A stretch of DNA of 64,000 nucleotides from positions 128,001 through 192,000 of the forward strand of contig JBMNJG010000012.1 of assembly GCA_050951545.1 (NCBI GenBank). Direction: 5' to 3'. The notes beneath the pieces were generated by a model. It worked only from the letters and a program-made list of their open reading frames with translations. It made no database searches and was not told where the DNA came from. Below are positions 9,599-20,988 of the stretch, in pieces. How positions within the stretch are numbered: position 1 is the first letter of the stretch; each line of letters begins with the position of its first letter. The position numbers and the translations under genes are program-made. This stretch comes from Limnochordia bacterium. Lineage in GTDB: Bacteria > Bacillota > Limnochordia > DTU080.

Positions 9599-10156
9599 CT
9601 AGATCTCCATAATCTCTTGTTCTTTGGTCTGCAGAAGCGCGTCGATCTCCTTGATATATTTGTCAGTAAGCTCCTGGGACTGCTTCTCAGCTCGTTTGGC
9701 TTCGTCCTCGGAGATATCGCCATCTTTCTGCAGAGCTTTCAGCTGATCGTTAGCATCACGCCTGATATTGCGCACAGCCACGCGTTTGTCCTCGGCTTCT
9801 TTGCGCACTAAGCGTACAAGGTCCTTGCGGCGCTCCTCGGTAAGGGGTGGAATGGCTAACCTAATGATCTGCCCGTCATTCATAGGTGTCAATCCTAGGT
9901 CAGACTGGAGAATCGCTCGCTCGACTTCCTTGAGGGCAGAACGGTCCCAAGGCTGGATCGTGATCAAGCGAGGTTCTGGCACCGACACTGTTGCCAGCTG
10001 AGAGATCGGGGTGGGTGTTCCATAGTAGCTAACTGAAACACGATCAAGGATAGCGGGGTTGGCTCTGCCCGTACGCACGACGGCGAAGTCTCTCTTGGTA
10101 GCAGCTATGACACCCTTCATCTTATTCTCTGCATCGTTGAGCACACCGCGAATCAT
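9599..10156 (-). CDS. frr: Ribosome recycling factor
   Basis: RTGRANP, IQPWD, PPLTEERRK, VRNIRRDAN. Confidence 0.97.
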   Translation of the reverse strand: MIRGVLNDAENKMKGVIAATKRDFAVVRTGRANPAILDRVSVSYYGTPTPISQLATVSVPEPRLITIQPWDRSALKEVERAILQSDLGLTPMNDGQIIRLAIPPLTEERRKDLVRLVRKEAEDKRVAVRNIRRDANDQLKALQKDGDISEDEAKRAEKQSQELTDKYIKEIDALLQTKEQEIMEI

Positions 10157-10192
10157 GTGCCGCCTCCTTTGTAAATCGTGTCTTGTCGCGAC

Positions 10193-10936
10193 TTATTTCG
10201 CTGAGTTCTTAGGCACCATTCCCACAACCGTACCGATCTTTTCGCCTCTGACGGCGCGCAGGATGTTTCCGGGCTTATCAAAGTTGAAGACAATGATAGG
10301 AATGCCATTATCCATACACAGGGAGGTGGCAGTGGCATCCATGACACGCAACCCCTGCTGCAAGACTTGAATGTACTCCAAGCGGTCATACTTACGGGCT
10401 GTGGGGTTGGTTCGCGGATCGGCATCGTAGACCCCGTCCACACCGCGCTTGGCCATGAGAATAACCTCGGCATCCACTTCTGCGGCTCGCAAGGCCGCAG
10501 TTGTGTCAGTGGTGAAGAACGGGTTTCCGGTACCCGCGGCGAAAATAACCACCCTGCCCTTTTCCAAGTGGCGAATGGCGCGCCGGCGAATGTAGGGTTC
10601 TGCTACTGGTCGCATTTCTATGGCGGTCTGCAGACGGGTGACAAGTCCGATCTGCTCCATCGCATCCTGCAACGCGAGAGCGTTGATTACAGTGGCCAGC
10701 ATTCCAGCGTAGTCAGCTGTACCCCGGTCCATCCCCCGCTCGCTAGCAGCTGCTCCCCGCCAGATATTGCCACCGCCAACCACGACACATACTTCAACAC
10801 CTGCATCGAAGACTTCCTTGATCTCCGCGGCGATGCGGGCCACAACCTCCAAGTCGATGCCAAAGCCTTGGTGGCCAGCCATTGATTCGCCGCTGAGTTT
10901 AACAATGATGCGTGAGTACTGGGTGCGCGCAGACAT
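10193..10936 (-). CDS. pyrH: UMP kinase
   Basis: [31 protein letters not shown]; start at the ATG after AAGGAGG. Confidence 0.97.
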   Translation of the reverse strand: MSARTQYSRIIVKLSGESMAGHQGFGIDLEVVARIAAEIKEVFDAGVEVCVVVGGGNIWRGAAASERGMDRGTADYAGMLATVINALALQDAMEQIGLVTRLQTAIEMRPVAEPYIRRRAIRHLEKGRVVIFAAGTGNPFFTTDTTAALRAAEVDAEVILMAKRGVDGVYDADPRTNPTARKYDRLEYIQVLQQGLRVMDATATSLCMDNGIPIIVFNFDKPGNILRAVRGEKIGTVVGMVPKNSAK

Positions 10937-10973
10937 GTGGGGCCTCCTTTGTACTGCCGTAGGTCTTAGGCAA

Positions 10974-11585
10974 TTACAGGTCGCGAAGCCCTTCTCCCAT
11001 TTCATAGCGAACAAAGCGCCGTACAGACATGTTCTCACCCATCGTAGCGATGTTCTCCTTGATGAGATCCTCTACCGTCTTGTCAGTATCTTTGATGAAA
11101 GGCTGCTCTAGGAGACATGCCTCTTTGTAGAATCTCTCAAGTTTTCCATTGACGATGCGGTCGATGATCTTCTCCGGCTTTCCCTCGTTACGGGCTGTTG
11201 CGGCATACACGGCACGTTCCTCTTCGATGAGGCTCGCGGGAACGTCCTCACGCCTCACGAAGGAAGGACGCGAAGCGGCCACTTGCATAGCTAGGTCGCG
11301 GACAAGCGTCTTGAAGATCTCATTTTTGGCGACGAAGTCGGTTTCGCAGTTGACCTCGATCAGTACTCCTATGCGGCCACCAGCATGAATGTAAGCGTCA
11401 ACAGTACCCTCATTGGCAGTCCTTCCGGCCTTCTTAGCCGCTGCGGCGAGTCCTTTTTCCCGCAGAAATGTGATAGCTTTCTCCACATCCCCGTTCGTCT
11501 CTTGCAGCGCTTTCTTGCAGTCCATAATGCCTGCCTGAGTGCGTTCGCGCAACTCTTTGACCATGCCCATCGAAATGTCCACCAC
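10974..11585 (-). CDS. tsf: Elongation factor Ts (short, about 200 aa form)
   Basis: [27 protein letters not shown]. Confidence 0.97.
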   Translation of the reverse strand: MVDISMGMVKELRERTQAGIMDCKKALQETNGDVEKAITFLREKGLAAAAKKAGRTANEGTVDAYIHAGGRIGVLIEVNCETDFVAKNEIFKTLVRDLAMQVAASRPSFVRREDVPASLIEEERAVYAATARNEGKPEKIIDRIVNGKLERFYKEACLLEQPFIKDTDKTVEDLIKENIATMGENMSVRRFVRYEMGEGLRDL

Positions 11586-11656
11586 TATCGGATCACACTC
11601 CTACACAATCAAATCCAGCAAAGGGGCGGCCCATCGAAACCGCCGCCCCGGACGTC

Positions 11657-12448
11657 CTACGCTTCCACGAGTTCTTCTGCGTCTGCTGCCTCATCCCCTG
11701 CGGACTCGTCGCTATCGAAGCTTTCCCCTGTGTCAGCATGGGGTTCTTCAGCTGCTTCCTCACGACCTTCGAGCCCTTCGATGATCGCGTCTGCCATCTT
11801 CCCTGTTAGAAGTCTGATGGCACGAATGGCATCATCGTTTCCGGGAATCACGAAGTCGATCTCATCGGGATCACAGTTAGTGTCCACGATGGCGATGATG
11901 GGTATGTGCAACTTGCGAGCTTCAGCAACTGCATTTCGTTCTTTGCGGGGATCGATCACAAAAACGGCAGCTGGCAAACGATTCATGTTGCGCACGCCGC
12001 CGACGAATCTCTCAAGACGCTCTTTCTCTTTGAGAAGCTCAAGGACTTCTTTCTTGGGTAGAACCTCGAAAGAGCCATCAGTCTCCATCGTCTCAAGCTG
12101 TTTGAGGCGCTGAATGCGTCCGCGCAAAGTCTTGAAGTTGGTCAGCATGCCACCGAGCCAGCGCGTATTCACATAGGGCATGCCGCAGCGCCCGGCTTCA
12201 GTGTTGACAGTTTCCTGTGCCTGCTTTTTTGTACCTACAAAAAGAAGCATGCCTCCGTCGGCAGCCATGTCCTTGACAAAGGTATATGCCTCTTCGACTT
12301 TGCGCACAGTTTTCTGCAGATCGATGATGTAGATACCGTTGCGCTCTGTGAAGATATAAGGAGCCATCTTCGGATTCCAGCGTCTAGTTTGGTGCCCAAA
12401 ATGCACTCCTGCCTCTAGGAGCTGCTTCATAGAAATCACTGCCATCAA
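11657..12448 (-). CDS. rpsB: 30S ribosomal protein S2
   Basis: [40 protein letters not shown]. Confidence 0.98.
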   Translation of the reverse strand: MMAVISMKQLLEAGVHFGHQTRRWNPKMAPYIFTERNGIYIIDLQKTVRKVEEAYTFVKDMAADGGMLLFVGTKKQAQETVNTEAGRCGMPYVNTRWLGGMLTNFKTLRGRIQRLKQLETMETDGSFEVLPKKEVLELLKEKERLERFVGGVRNMNRLPAAVFVIDPRKERNAVAEARKLHIPIIAIVDTNCDPDEIDFVIPGNDDAIRAIRLLTGKMADAIIEGLEGREEAAEEPHADTGESFDSDESAGDEAADAEELVEA

Positions 12449-12459
12449 CGTACCTCCCT

Positions 12460-12570
12460 AGGTTAGACCTCCGGATCCATCTTCCTCTCCGAAAACCCGC
12501 GTGCTTGCCGCGGGCACCAGCCGGCCAGTCCGGATCCGTGTGTAATTTGGCCATCGCTAAGTATACCATG
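12460..12570 (-). promoter_or_regulatory. rpsB leader (S2 autoregulatory RNA) with extended -10 promoter
   Basis: TGGTATACT, then CACACGGATCC..GGTGC..GGATCCGGAGG, the paired leader pattern typical of Firmicutes rpsB 5' UTRs. Confidence 0.6.
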
Positions 12571-12604
12571 AACAACAGACCCCATCAATATCCACATCAG
12601 GCGT

Positions 12605-13495
12605 CTACTGAGGCAATAGGGCTGTGATCTTCACCGCTAGGCTGCCGTCGTCTTGCACCACCAGGTCACCGATAGCTAGAGGGTAGTCATTGGCGTGAAG
12701 ACGCACAGGTTGGTTAGGCGCGAGCACCAAGGGAATGAGACTATCGATCTTCCAGAGCGCTACGCTGCGCACGGTAAGCTGGACAGCAGGGACCATAACG
12801 CTGATCGACAACGGGATTTCGGCGACCAGTGAAGAGACCACTGGTGAACATGCCTCCTCAACTCCTGTCGCCGCCGCTGTGGTTGACGGGCATAGCTGAG
12901 CCAAGGCCTCTGGTGACATGAGTACATAGACAGCCCGGGTTTTCTCGTCTGTGGAGTAGAAGGGTATCACCACGATCTGAGCCTCGCTATCGATCGCTGG
13001 TTCTGCACCACCGCATGCTCCTATGTCCCAGCGTCGGGGAGACTGCGAGCGCCAGACAGCTCGACGGGCACCATCGGACATGGCCAAGGCCGCCACAGAC
13101 TCGGTGATCATGTATTCGATGACGCGACGCCACGCGGCAAACGGTGCATGTGCATTGGTGCTCCCGTTGGCCCGGTTGGCTGTCTCGTCTAGATGATAGG
13201 CGGTTAGGCTGGTTGTCGCCACTAATACAGATAACGCAGGGCTAGACGACTGAGTCTCGACGAGAACAAGCCTGGTGCCTACCGAGACATCCATGGCCAG
13301 CGGAAGCTTGTCCCACGTCGAGAGTGATGGTTTTCCCGGCTCAAATCGACAGAACGAACCTAGGAGTGCCTCCAAACACTCCACTGCTTTCTGTGAGAAC
13401 CTGTCAAGTGCTTTTTCATCGACTGACGCGTAAGGCTGCCCGGCCCCACTGCCGAGCAGAGCCTCCAATTCCTGACGAGATAGAGCCATGGCCAC
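12605..13495 (-). CDS. Divergent FliM/FliY-family protein (SpoA/FliMN_C C-terminal domain)
   Basis: N-terminal LSRQELEALL resembles the LSQ.EIDALL CheY-binding motif; C-terminal IPLSISV...PVRLHAND..LAIGDLVV..DGSLAVKIT resembles a SpoA domain. Confidence 0.7.
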   Translation of the reverse strand: MAMALSRQELEALLGSGAGQPYASVDEKALDRFSQKAVECLEALLGSFCRFEPGKPSLSTWDKLPLAMDVSVGTRLVLVETQSSSPALSVLVATTSLTAYHLDETANRANGSTNAHAPFAAWRRVIEYMITESVAALAMSDGARRAVWRSQSPRRWDIGACGGAEPAIDSEAQIVVIPFYSTDEKTRAVYVLMSPEALAQLCPSTTAAATGVEEACSPVVSSLVAEIPLSISVMVPAVQLTVRSVALWKIDSLIPLVLAPNQPVRLHANDYPLAIGDLVVQDDGSLAVKITALLPQ

Positions 13496-13668
13496 ATCGA
13501 TTCCCTCCCTGGATAATGATGTGATGCTGTGCGGGCATGTCGGCGGCCTTGGGTTTTCGCCAGCGATGGTGTACGTTGCGGCAGAAGCTTGCCGCAGCCG
13601 CCTCGACTTCCACGCCTGGTTGACCGCCGACTCCCTGGAAACCCCTGGACATCCCTTCCCTAATCCCG

Positions 13669-15072
13669 CTACAGGATGTAACGGCTTAGATCTACATCGC
13701 CTACCAGCTCACTCAAGTGCTGACGTACGTAATCCGCGGTGATAGTCACTGTTTGCTCCCCGATTTCCGGGGCAGCGAAGGAGAGTTCTTCTAAGAGCTT
13801 TTCGATGATGGTGTGTAGTCGGCGGGCGCCGATATTCTCGGCTCTACTGTTGACTTCCTCGGCCATGCGGGCGATCTCGGCAATGGCCTCGTCGGCAAAC
13901 TCAAGCACCACGCCTTCGGTAGCCATAAGCGCGGCGTACTGCTTGACTAGCGCGTGGCGTGGTTCGGTCAGAATGCGGTAGAAATCGTTTTGGGTCAAGC
14001 TGCTGAGTTCTACGCGAATGGGAAAGCGCCCCTGCAACTCTGGGATGAGATCAGCGGGTTTGGAAATGTGAAAGGCTCCTGCAGCGATAAAAAGAATGTG
14101 ATCGGTGCGCACAGGACCGTACTTGGTATTCACCGTGGTCCCCTCGACGATGGGTAGAATGTCGCGCTGCACCCCCTCGCGAGACACATCCGGACCAGTC
14201 CCCTGCTCGCGACCCGCTATCTTGTCAATCTCATCGATAAACACGATGCCCGATTCCTCAGTGCGCGCTATAGCTTCGGCTGTGGCCGCATCCATATCCA
14301 CGAGTTTCTGTGCTTCCTCTTGCGCTAGGATTCTCCGGGCCTCTCTTACAGAGGCCTTGCGCTTATGCTTTCTCTTCGGTAACACTTGGGTAAAGAAGTC
14401 CTGGAGGTTCATACCCATCTCTTCCATACCTGCTCCGGCGAATACGTCGAAGACATTTGGCCCGCTCTCTTCCACTTCGAACTCCACAATTCGCTCCTCT
14501 AAGAGCCCTTGGCGAAGCTGCGCCCGAAGACTCTCACGGGTGTGATGTAGGCCTTCCTGATTCTCAGGTGCGGTCCCTTCAGTGCTTTCAGGCGGAGCGT
14601 AGCCTGTCATTCCGAACAGAGCGGAGAAAGGATTGGGCCCTGGTTCAACAGTGGGCATGGGGACCAAGATGCTCAGTAAGCGGTCTTCTGTAAGTCGTTC
14701 TGCTTGCTCGCGGACTGCTTCTGTGCGCTCATGTCGCACCATGCGCAAGGAAGTCTCGACCAAGTCGCGGACGATCGACTCTACATCCCGGCCTACATAG
14801 CCAACTTCAGTGAATCGTGTAGCTTCAACCTTGACAAAAGGCGCTGTAGCCAGGCGAGCCAGGCGACGAGCTATTTCTGTCTTGCCGACTCCTGTTGGAC
14901 CAATCATGAGAATATTCTTGGGAGCTACTTCCTCACGCATCTCCACGGGAAGCAGGCGTCGTCGATACCGATTACGCAGTGCAACCGCTACCGCCTTCTT
15001 GGCCTGATCCTGTCCGACAATGTAGCGATCGAGTTCTTCGACAATCTGGCGCGGGGTTAACTCAGGTGCCAT
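13669..15072 (-). CDS. hslU: ATP-dependent protease ATPase subunit HslU (ClpY)
   Basis: [46 protein letters not shown]. Confidence 0.97.
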   Translation of the reverse strand: MAPELTPRQIVEELDRYIVGQDQAKKAVAVALRNRYRRRLLPVEMREEVAPKNILMIGPTGVGKTEIARRLARLATAPFVKVEATRFTEVGYVGRDVESIVRDLVETSLRMVRHERTEAVREQAERLTEDRLLSILVPMPTVEPGPNPFSALFGMTGYAPPESTEGTAPENQEGLHHTRESLRAQLRQGLLEERIVEFEVEESGPNVFDVFAGAGMEEMGMNLQDFFTQVLPKRKHKRKASVREARRILAQEEAQKLVDMDAATAEAIARTEESGIVFIDEIDKIAGREQGTGPDVSREGVQRDILPIVEGTTVNTKYGPVRTDHILFIAAGAFHISKPADLIPELQGRFPIRVELSSLTQNDFYRILTEPRHALVKQYAALMATEGVVLEFADEAIAEIARMAEEVNSRAENIGARRLHTIIEKLLEELSFAAPEIGEQTVTITADYVRQHLSELVGDVDLSRYIL

Positions 15073-15619
15073 TGCCTCCGCCTCCTGCCTGAAGCTCCTC
15101 CACCGTGATGTGGTCATTAGTAAACACGCATATCGCTGAAGCAATGCGCAGGGACTCTCGCGCCACATCCACTGGTTCAAGTTGGGTATGGCGCATCAGT
15201 GCTCGCGCCGCAGCGAGAGCATAGGGTCCTCCCGAACCCACTGCTGCAATGCCGTCATCAGGTTCAATGATCTCGCCTGTGCCTGAAACAACGAGAAGCG
15301 AACGAGTGTCCATGACCACCAAGAGAGCCTGCAATTGGCGCAAGGCACGGTCGGTGCGCCACTCTTTTGCCAATTCCACCGAGGCCCGTAACAGGTTGCC
15401 CCGGTATTCCTCTAGGCGACCCTCGAATCTTTCGAAAAGGGTAAAGGCATCAGCTGCTGCGCCGGCAAATCCTGCCAGCACAGTATTGTGGTATAGGCGG
15501 CGAACCTTACGGGCGGTGTGCTTTATGATAGTGTGCTCACCTAGGGTCACTTGACCGTCGCCTGCCAAGGCCCCTGATGACCCTCTTTTTACGCCGATAA
15601 TGGTCGTACAGCGGATCAT
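15062..15619 (-). CDS. hslV: ATP-dependent protease subunit HslV (ClpQ)
   Basis: [29 protein letters not shown]. Confidence 0.97.
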   Translation of the reverse strand: MIRCTTIIGVKRGSSGALAGDGQVTLGEHTIIKHTARKVRRLYHNTVLAGFAGAAADAFTLFERFEGRLEEYRGNLLRASVELAKEWRTDRALRQLQALLVVMDTRSLLVVSGTGEIIEPDDGIAAVGSGGPYALAAARALMRHTQLEPVDVARESLRIASAICVFTNDHITVEELQAGGGGNGT

Positions 15620-15683
15620 CCGGTCGCTCCCCTTTCGCTGTCTGACTACCACAACGAGAGTGTCCAAAAAGCACTGCCACGCG

Positions 15684-17804
15684 TCAAGTCAAGCTTTCCA
15701 CGGGAACCATGGCGTGGCCGCATTCTTTGTTGGCACACACCCACTGCGTATCTTGCTTGCGTCTCTTACGCTCAACCATGTAGGTCCCACAGGTTGGGCA
15801 TTTGGCTGGCACAGGGCGTTGCCAGCTTGTGAAATCGCACTCGGGATACCGAATGCAGCCGTAGAAAGTGCGCCCCCGGCGGGTCTTTCGCTCGACGAGG
15901 CTGTTGCCGCATTGCGGACACTCAACACCGATTTCGGTCAGCAACGGCTTCGTGTTCTTGCATTCCGGATAGCCAGGACAGGCCAGGAACTTTCCGAAAC
16001 GCCCCCACTTTATCACCATGTTACGACCACAGGCCTCGCAGATCTCCTCAGTTACCTCGTCTTCAACGCGTGTCTCCTTGGCCAGCTCATGAGCTCGCTC
16101 TAGCGAGTCAGAGAAGGGACCGTAAAACTCCTTCACAAGCCCTACCCAGTCTGCCTCTCCTTCTTCTATGGCGTCGAGGCGTTGCTCCATGTTGGCAGTG
16201 AACTCGACATCCACAATGTCAGGGAAGTGCGTCTTGAGCAGGTCAACGGTAACGAAGCCCAGCTCGGTGGGCATGAATCGCCGCTCCTGTTTCGTGACAT
16301 AGCCACGTTTTTGCACCGTGTCAATGATCGCCGCGTAGGTGCTAGGGCGTCCAATCCCTAGCTCTTCCATGGTCTTCACCAGCATTGCTTCGGTAAAGCG
16401 AGGCGGTGGTTGCGTAAAGTGTTGACGCGGTTCCATCTTGCGTTCGTATAAGCCATCGCCTTCTTGCAGCTCGGGAAGCTTCCTCTCTTGTTCTTGGCCG
16501 TCGTTGGCCTCTTCGTCAGTTTGCTCGCTGTAGACAGCCATGAAACCAGCAAAGCGCATAGTTGAACCAGTAGCTCGAAAGGTGTAGGGCACTTGCGTCC
16601 CATCCACTATGGGCACGATGTCTGCGGCTACTGTGTCAAAAACAGCCGGACGCATTTGGCTAGCGACAAAGCGCTCCCAGATCAGTTTATAAAGCAGATA
16701 CTGCTCCCGCGTCAGGTATTGCTTGATGGATTCGGGAGTACGGTGTACTCCTGTAGGGCGGACCGCCTCATGAGCCGCCTGCGCCCCCTTCTTGGTCTTA
16801 TACTGCGGTGGGCGTTCGGGCCTGAACTGCCTGCCCCATGTGCTGTCGATGACATCTTGTGCTGCTGCTTGGGCTTCAGTCGCTACCCGAGTAGCGTCTG
16901 TCCGCAGATAGGTGATGAGGCCAACGGTGCCTTCGGTGCCTACGTCTAGACCTTCATATAGCTGCTGAGCTACGCTCATGGTGCGTCGAGCAGTGAAACG
17001 TAGGCGACGGGCTGCCTCCTGCTGCATCGTACTTGTAGTAAAGGGTGCGGCGGGCTTGCGCGTGCGTTCAGATCGCGTCAACGCCGCCACCCGATAGGAG
17101 GCGTTCGTCAGCCTTTGGATGATCGCCTGTGTCTCATCTTCGGTCTTTAGCGCAGCATTTTCGGCACCGCAGCGGATGAGACGCGCAGGGAACTGAGAAC
17201 TTCTGGCTGTTTTGGATAGCCAGACGGTAAGGGTCCAGTACTCCTCGGATCGAAAACCTCTAATCTCCATCTCGCGGTCGCATATCAGGCGCAACGCGGC
17301 TGATTGCACTCTGCCAGCAGACAGACCTGGTTTGACCTTCTCCCACAGCAAAGGGCTCAACTTATAGCCTACCAGCCGGTCTAGCACTCGCCTGGCTTGC
17401 TGGGCGTCAACCAGATCAAGGTTTATTGGCCTGGGATTCTTGATAGCGTTCTTGACGGCACTCTGGGTAACCTCGTTGAACTCGATGCGTTGCGGCGCTT
17501 GCGTGTCCAGCTTTAGGGCTTCCGCGAGATGCCAGGAAATTGCTTCCCCTTCGCGGTCGGGGTCAGTGGCCAGAAGAACACGATCAGCTTTCCGAGCGGC
17601 TGTGCGTAGCTGTTGCAGGTTTTTGCCTTGCCCGCGGACGGTAATGTACTTTGGCGCAAAATCATTCTCAATGTCAACACCGAATTGGCTACGTGGCAAG
17701 TCGCGCACGTGGCCCATCGACGCCTTGACTGAATACTTCCGACCCAGGAATCTCCCAATGGTCTTGGCTTTGGCTGGAGATTCCACAATCACTAGAGTGC
17801 TCAA
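15684..17804 (-). CDS. topA: DNA topoisomerase I
   Basis: [38 protein letters not shown]-terminal zinc ribbons. Confidence 0.98.
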   Translation of the reverse strand: MSTLVIVESPAKAKTIGRFLGRKYSVKASMGHVRDLPRSQFGVDIENDFAPKYITVRGQGKNLQQLRTAARKADRVLLATDPDREGEAISWHLAEALKLDTQAPQRIEFNEVTQSAVKNAIKNPRPINLDLVDAQQARRVLDRLVGYKLSPLLWEKVKPGLSAGRVQSAALRLICDREMEIRGFRSEEYWTLTVWLSKTARSSQFPARLIRCGAENAALKTEDETQAIIQRLTNASYRVAALTRSERTRKPAAPFTTSTMQQEAARRLRFTARRTMSVAQQLYEGLDVGTEGTVGLITYLRTDATRVATEAQAAAQDVIDSTWGRQFRPERPPQYKTKKGAQAAHEAVRPTGVHRTPESIKQYLTREQYLLYKLIWERFVASQMRPAVFDTVAADIVPIVDGTQVPYTFRATGSTMRFAGFMAVYSEQTDEEANDGQEQERKLPELQEGDGLYERKMEPRQHFTQPPPRFTEAMLVKTMEELGIGRPSTYAAIIDTVQKRGYVTKQERRFMPTELGFVTVDLLKTHFPDIVDVEFTANMEQRLDAIEEGEADWVGLVKEFYGPFSDSLERAHELAKETRVEDEVTEEICEACGRNMVIKWGRFGKFLACPGYPECKNTKPLLTEIGVECPQCGNSLVERKTRRGRTFYGCIRYPECDFTSWQRPVPAKCPTCGTYMVERKRRKQDTQWVCANKECGHAMVPVESLT

Positions 17805-17899
17805 ACCATCGTACCTCCAGCTTCGGGGTGGTTACCGCCACTCCTAGACTATTTGTCATGTTACCATACCGTTGTTCTCAGGCGCAAGTTAGTCCCAAG

Positions 17900-19003
17900 T
17901 CACTGCGTTTCCACCAGTCTGTAGACATCGCCAGGTCCGCGCTGCACATAGCCTTGCATCTCCAGCAGCGTGAGATCACTGCGCACAGTGGAGCAATTTC
18001 TCGCCAGTCGCCGAGCTACTTCATCGGCAGTAGCTGGCCCAGTCTGTAGAACCTGCCAGACCCTCACTGGCTGGGGCGGCTGAGCTGGCGTGTCTGCGGG
18101 GGGGCGGGCGGTGACCCGCCTGAGATGCTCTGCGGGTGGCTGCGCCAAGGTCTCTTTCAGTTCCTTGTACAGATCCTCCACGAGGTCCGTAGCATTTCGT
18201 ATTGCCCTTGCCCCTTCACGCAGCAAGCCGTTTGAGCCTTGCGTATGCTCACGTGTGGGATCGCCAGGGCAGACGAAGACATCGCGACCATGATCCAGCG
18301 CGTAGTCTGCCGTGATCAAGGCGCCGCTTCTGGCAGGGGCTTCTACTACTACAGTGGCCAAAGCCAGACCAGCCAGTGTTCGGTTCCGGACAGGGAAATG
18401 GGTGCGTCTAGCTCCAGTTCCGCAGGGAAACTGACTGATCAGTGCTCCGCAGGCTGCTACTTCCTCAGCGAGACCTGCATGGGCTCTCGGATAGACAGAC
18501 TCTACTCCACCAGCCAATACGGCCGCAGTACGCCCTCCAGCGGCTAGCGCTCCGCGATGGGCAGCTGCATCGATCCCCATAGCGAGACCGCTGACAATGG
18601 TTATGCCCAATGCTGCCAGATCTCGAGCCAGAATGAAAGCAAGCTGCGTCGCCTGTGGCGAGGCACGGCGGGAGCCCACTACGGCGATGGCGAGCCTGTC
18701 GTTGGGCAGCAACGACCCTTTCGTGTAAAGCACGGCTGGTGGTCCCGCGATGTGACGCAAATTGGGTGGGTAGGAGCAGTCATCCCACGTGATGATGCGC
18801 ACGCCATGAGCCTTGGCAGATGCGATAGTCTGCGCTACGGGCACACGGGGGCTACGCTGTCGTAACTGCCGCCATACAGGAACAGGGTTGCTGTCGCAGC
18901 CCAGGGCTTTCCATATTCGAATGGGTCCCCACCCCGGAAGTAGGGAAAGACCGAGCCAAGCCTCAGCTCTTTCCCAGCGTTCTCGCTCAGACAGATGAAT
19001 CAC
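17900..19003 (-). CDS. dprA: DNA-processing protein DprA
   Basis: YP..L, AVVGSR, IVSGLA.GID..AH, FP.RNR, SGALITA, C-terminal winged helix. Confidence 0.95.
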   Translation of the reverse strand: MIHLSERERWERAEAWLGLSLLPGWGPIRIWKALGCDSNPVPVWRQLRQRSPRVPVAQTIASAKAHGVRIITWDDCSYPPNLRHIAGPPAVLYTKGSLLPNDRLAIAVVGSRRASPQATQLAFILARDLAALGITIVSGLAMGIDAAAHRGALAAGGRTAAVLAGGVESVYPRAHAGLAEEVAACGALISQFPCGTGARRTHFPVRNRTLAGLALATVVVEAPARSGALITADYALDHGRDVFVCPGDPTREHTQGSNGLLREGARAIRNATDLVEDLYKELKETLAQPPAEHLRRVTARPPADTPAQPPQPVRVWQVLQTGPATADEVARRLARNCSTVRSDLTLLEMQGYVQRGPGDVYRLVETQ

Positions 19004-19078
19004 TGCGCAGAAGCCTCCTTACGGCATGTGTTCGGGGCCGTCGCCTGTGCGTGGACTCACCCATGCGCATAGATGATG

Positions 19079-19294
19079 CTACTTGCGCGACTGATCCAGA
19101 CCTGCAATGATCTCACGAAGTTCATCTTCCCATTGCATCTGGTAGAGGCGCAGTTCGGCCTCACACACCAAGGAGCCGTTTCTGCAATTTGTGCAGCATA
19201 TGGCGTACATTCCATCCAGATGGCCCGCCACCGTGTGGGGGGCATCCAGTGCACACATGGGACAGCAGTAGACTGGCGTGTTCGTATCTTTCAC
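19079..19294 (-). CDS. Small zinc-ribbon-like hypothetical protein
   Basis: CPMC..H...CTNC followed by a predicted helix; GTG start downstream of AGGAGG. Confidence 0.65.
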   Translation of the reverse strand: MKDTNTPVYCCPMCALDAPHTVAGHLDGMYAICCTNCRNGSLVCEAELRLYQMQWEDELREIIAGLDQSRK

Positions 19295-19468
19295 GTCCAA
19301 GGCCCCCTCCTGTTTCTGCAGCATTAGCATGACCCGCGATAGACCGGAGAAGGCTGTTGCCAGTGAGAGGGTGTCTGGCATATGCACCAGCTTGTGGGGC
19401 GAAAAAGAGCCGCGGCAGGCGTGATTGGGCGCCTGAAGCGGCTGGCTGGTGTACGGGCCATGTATGAC

Positions 19469-20107
19469 TTATCTTAGCATAGAACCCGCTGAAAGGCCAC
19501 CAACGTTCAGCAGTTCGGATAGGCGCCGAGCGGAATCGAAGTAAACCTGCTCATGCAGGCTGCTCCCATGAGCGTCCATGGTGACAAGAAGTTGGAGCTC
19601 ACTGACGCGCAACACCCAGAGAGCTTCTGGCCCGCCGAATTCAGGCTTGATGACGTCGACTACGTCGACTATGCTTCTTGCCATGAGACTGGCGGCGCCG
19701 CCCAGTGCGTGGAGGTACACGGCCCCTCCCCTGCACAGCGCCTCTTGCGTACGCTGGCCCATGCCACCCTTGCCGATAACGGCCCTGAGACCAAAGCGGT
19801 CTATCACCACATCCTGATAGACTTCGAGACGGGCGCTTGTGGTGGGTCCAGCAGCCACAACTTTCCACCGTCCAGAGGAAGCCTGTTCTACAATGGGGCC
19901 GCAGTGGTAGATGACACCCTCGTGGAACCAGCCTCTCAGGTGATCGACCGTTGCCTTTTCGTCGGAGTGTTCTGTTGTTGACTGCTCCACCAAGTACTTG
20001 TGTGCTCTGTCCCTGGCCGTAACCAAGACACCACTGAGGGTGACGAGATCGCCAATATGCAGCGAGCGGATGCGGTGCTCACTGATGGGAATTCTCAGCC
20101 TATGCAT
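19469..20107 (-). CDS. Fe-S hydro-lyase (class I fumarate hydratase/tartrate dehydratase) beta subunit
   Basis: TARD.AH, YHCGP, GPTTSAR, IGKGGM, MDAHG. Confidence 0.92.
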   Translation of the reverse strand: MHRLRIPISEHRIRSLHIGDLVTLSGVLVTARDRAHKYLVEQSTTEHSDEKATVDHLRGWFHEGVIYHCGPIVEQASSGRWKVVAAGPTTSARLEVYQDVVIDRFGLRAVIGKGGMGQRTQEALCRGGAVYLHALGGAASLMARSIVDVVDVIKPEFGGPEALWVLRVSELQLLVTMDAHGSSLHEQVYFDSARRLSELLNVGGLSAGSMLR

Positions 20108-20978
20108 ATCTAGCACCCTCGCCTTCTCTGAGAGTCATCTCGCACCTGCGGCAAGCCCAGCACATGTAGGCAACAGACACGAAAAACGAGGCAGGTAATC
20201 GGTGAAGATATCCTATCTTGATCGCCAGAACGGTGGATCTTCCTCCATACCCCATGGGGCCGATACCTAGCGCGTTTGCTTCTTCCACAAGGCTGGTCTC
20301 CAGTGCTGCGAGTTCTGGGTGCGAATTGCGGTCGTCTAGGCGGCGCAGAAGCTGACGCGTAGCCTCTCCAAAACCTGCTGCACGGTCGCCGCCGATGCAC
20401 ACACCGAGGATACCAGGCGGACACCCTAAGCCTTGGGCGCCATGAAGCAGGTGCAACAGTGCTCGCCGTACGCCTTCACGGCCGCGCTCCGCTCCTATAG
20501 AGGCGTCAGGTAGGGAGAATTGGCTGCTTACGTTTTCGCTACCACCGCCTTTGAGCAGCAAGCGGATTCGCAGACCATCGCGAGCCCATTCGGTGTACTC
20601 GATATGAGGAGAACCAAAGCCAAGATTGTTACCGGAGTTAGCTCCAGTGATACTGTTGACAGCGTTGGGCCGCAGCGCAGCGCGTGTCGTGGCGACGGCC
20701 ACGGCTTGTTCTATCTGCTCTGTCAGACGCGCTGTACTCCAGCCATGCGGGTATTCTACGTAGAAGTGCAATGCCCCGGTATCTTGGCAGAGAGGTGTTC
20801 CGTTCCGGCGCGACAACGCGCAGTTTTCCAGAATACCAGTGAGAGCCGCCTCAGCTGGAGAACCGCTCCTCTCTTTGGCCAGTGCTCGCTGTAGGGCTTG
20901 CTCTACATCGAGCGGAAGATCGCTGGCCGTACGTTGAATCAGGGTTAGAACGTGTTCGGTAATGTCTCGCTCACGCAT
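20100..20978 (-). CDS. Fe-S hydro-lyase (class I fumarate hydratase/tartrate dehydratase) alpha subunit
   Basis: PLCQDTG, KGGGSEN, CPPG.LGV.IGG, GIGPMGYGG, CWACR. Confidence 0.92.
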   Translation of the reverse strand: MRERDITEHVLTLIQRTASDLPLDVEQALQRALAKERSGSPAEAALTGILENCALSRRNGTPLCQDTGALHFYVEYPHGWSTARLTEQIEQAVAVATTRAALRPNAVNSITGANSGNNLGFGSPHIEYTEWARDGLRIRLLLKGGGSENVSSQFSLPDASIGAERGREGVRRALLHLLHGAQGLGCPPGILGVCIGGDRAAGFGEATRQLLRRLDDRNSHPELAALETSLVEEANALGIGPMGYGGRSTVLAIKIGYLHRLPASFFVSVAYMCWACRRCEMTLREGEGARYA

Positions 20979-20988
20979 GTGTCGACTC

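Noticed and set aside
10974-11585. Short EF-Ts as a truncation or pseudogene
   Set aside because: The ~200-aa form is an established natural variant (Thermus, cyanobacteria, many clostridia) and all motifs are intact.
11385-12113. 242-aa plus-strand ORF and the many similar antisense ORFs in the track
   Set aside because: They mirror highly conserved minus-strand genes (tsf, rpsB, smc, fabF and others) and have Ser/Arg-rich shadow composition.
13416-13652. 78-aa ORF between hslU and the FliM-like gene
   Set aside because: Overlaps the next gene by 80 bp and shows no similarity I recognise to CodY or flagellar proteins; cannot be supported.
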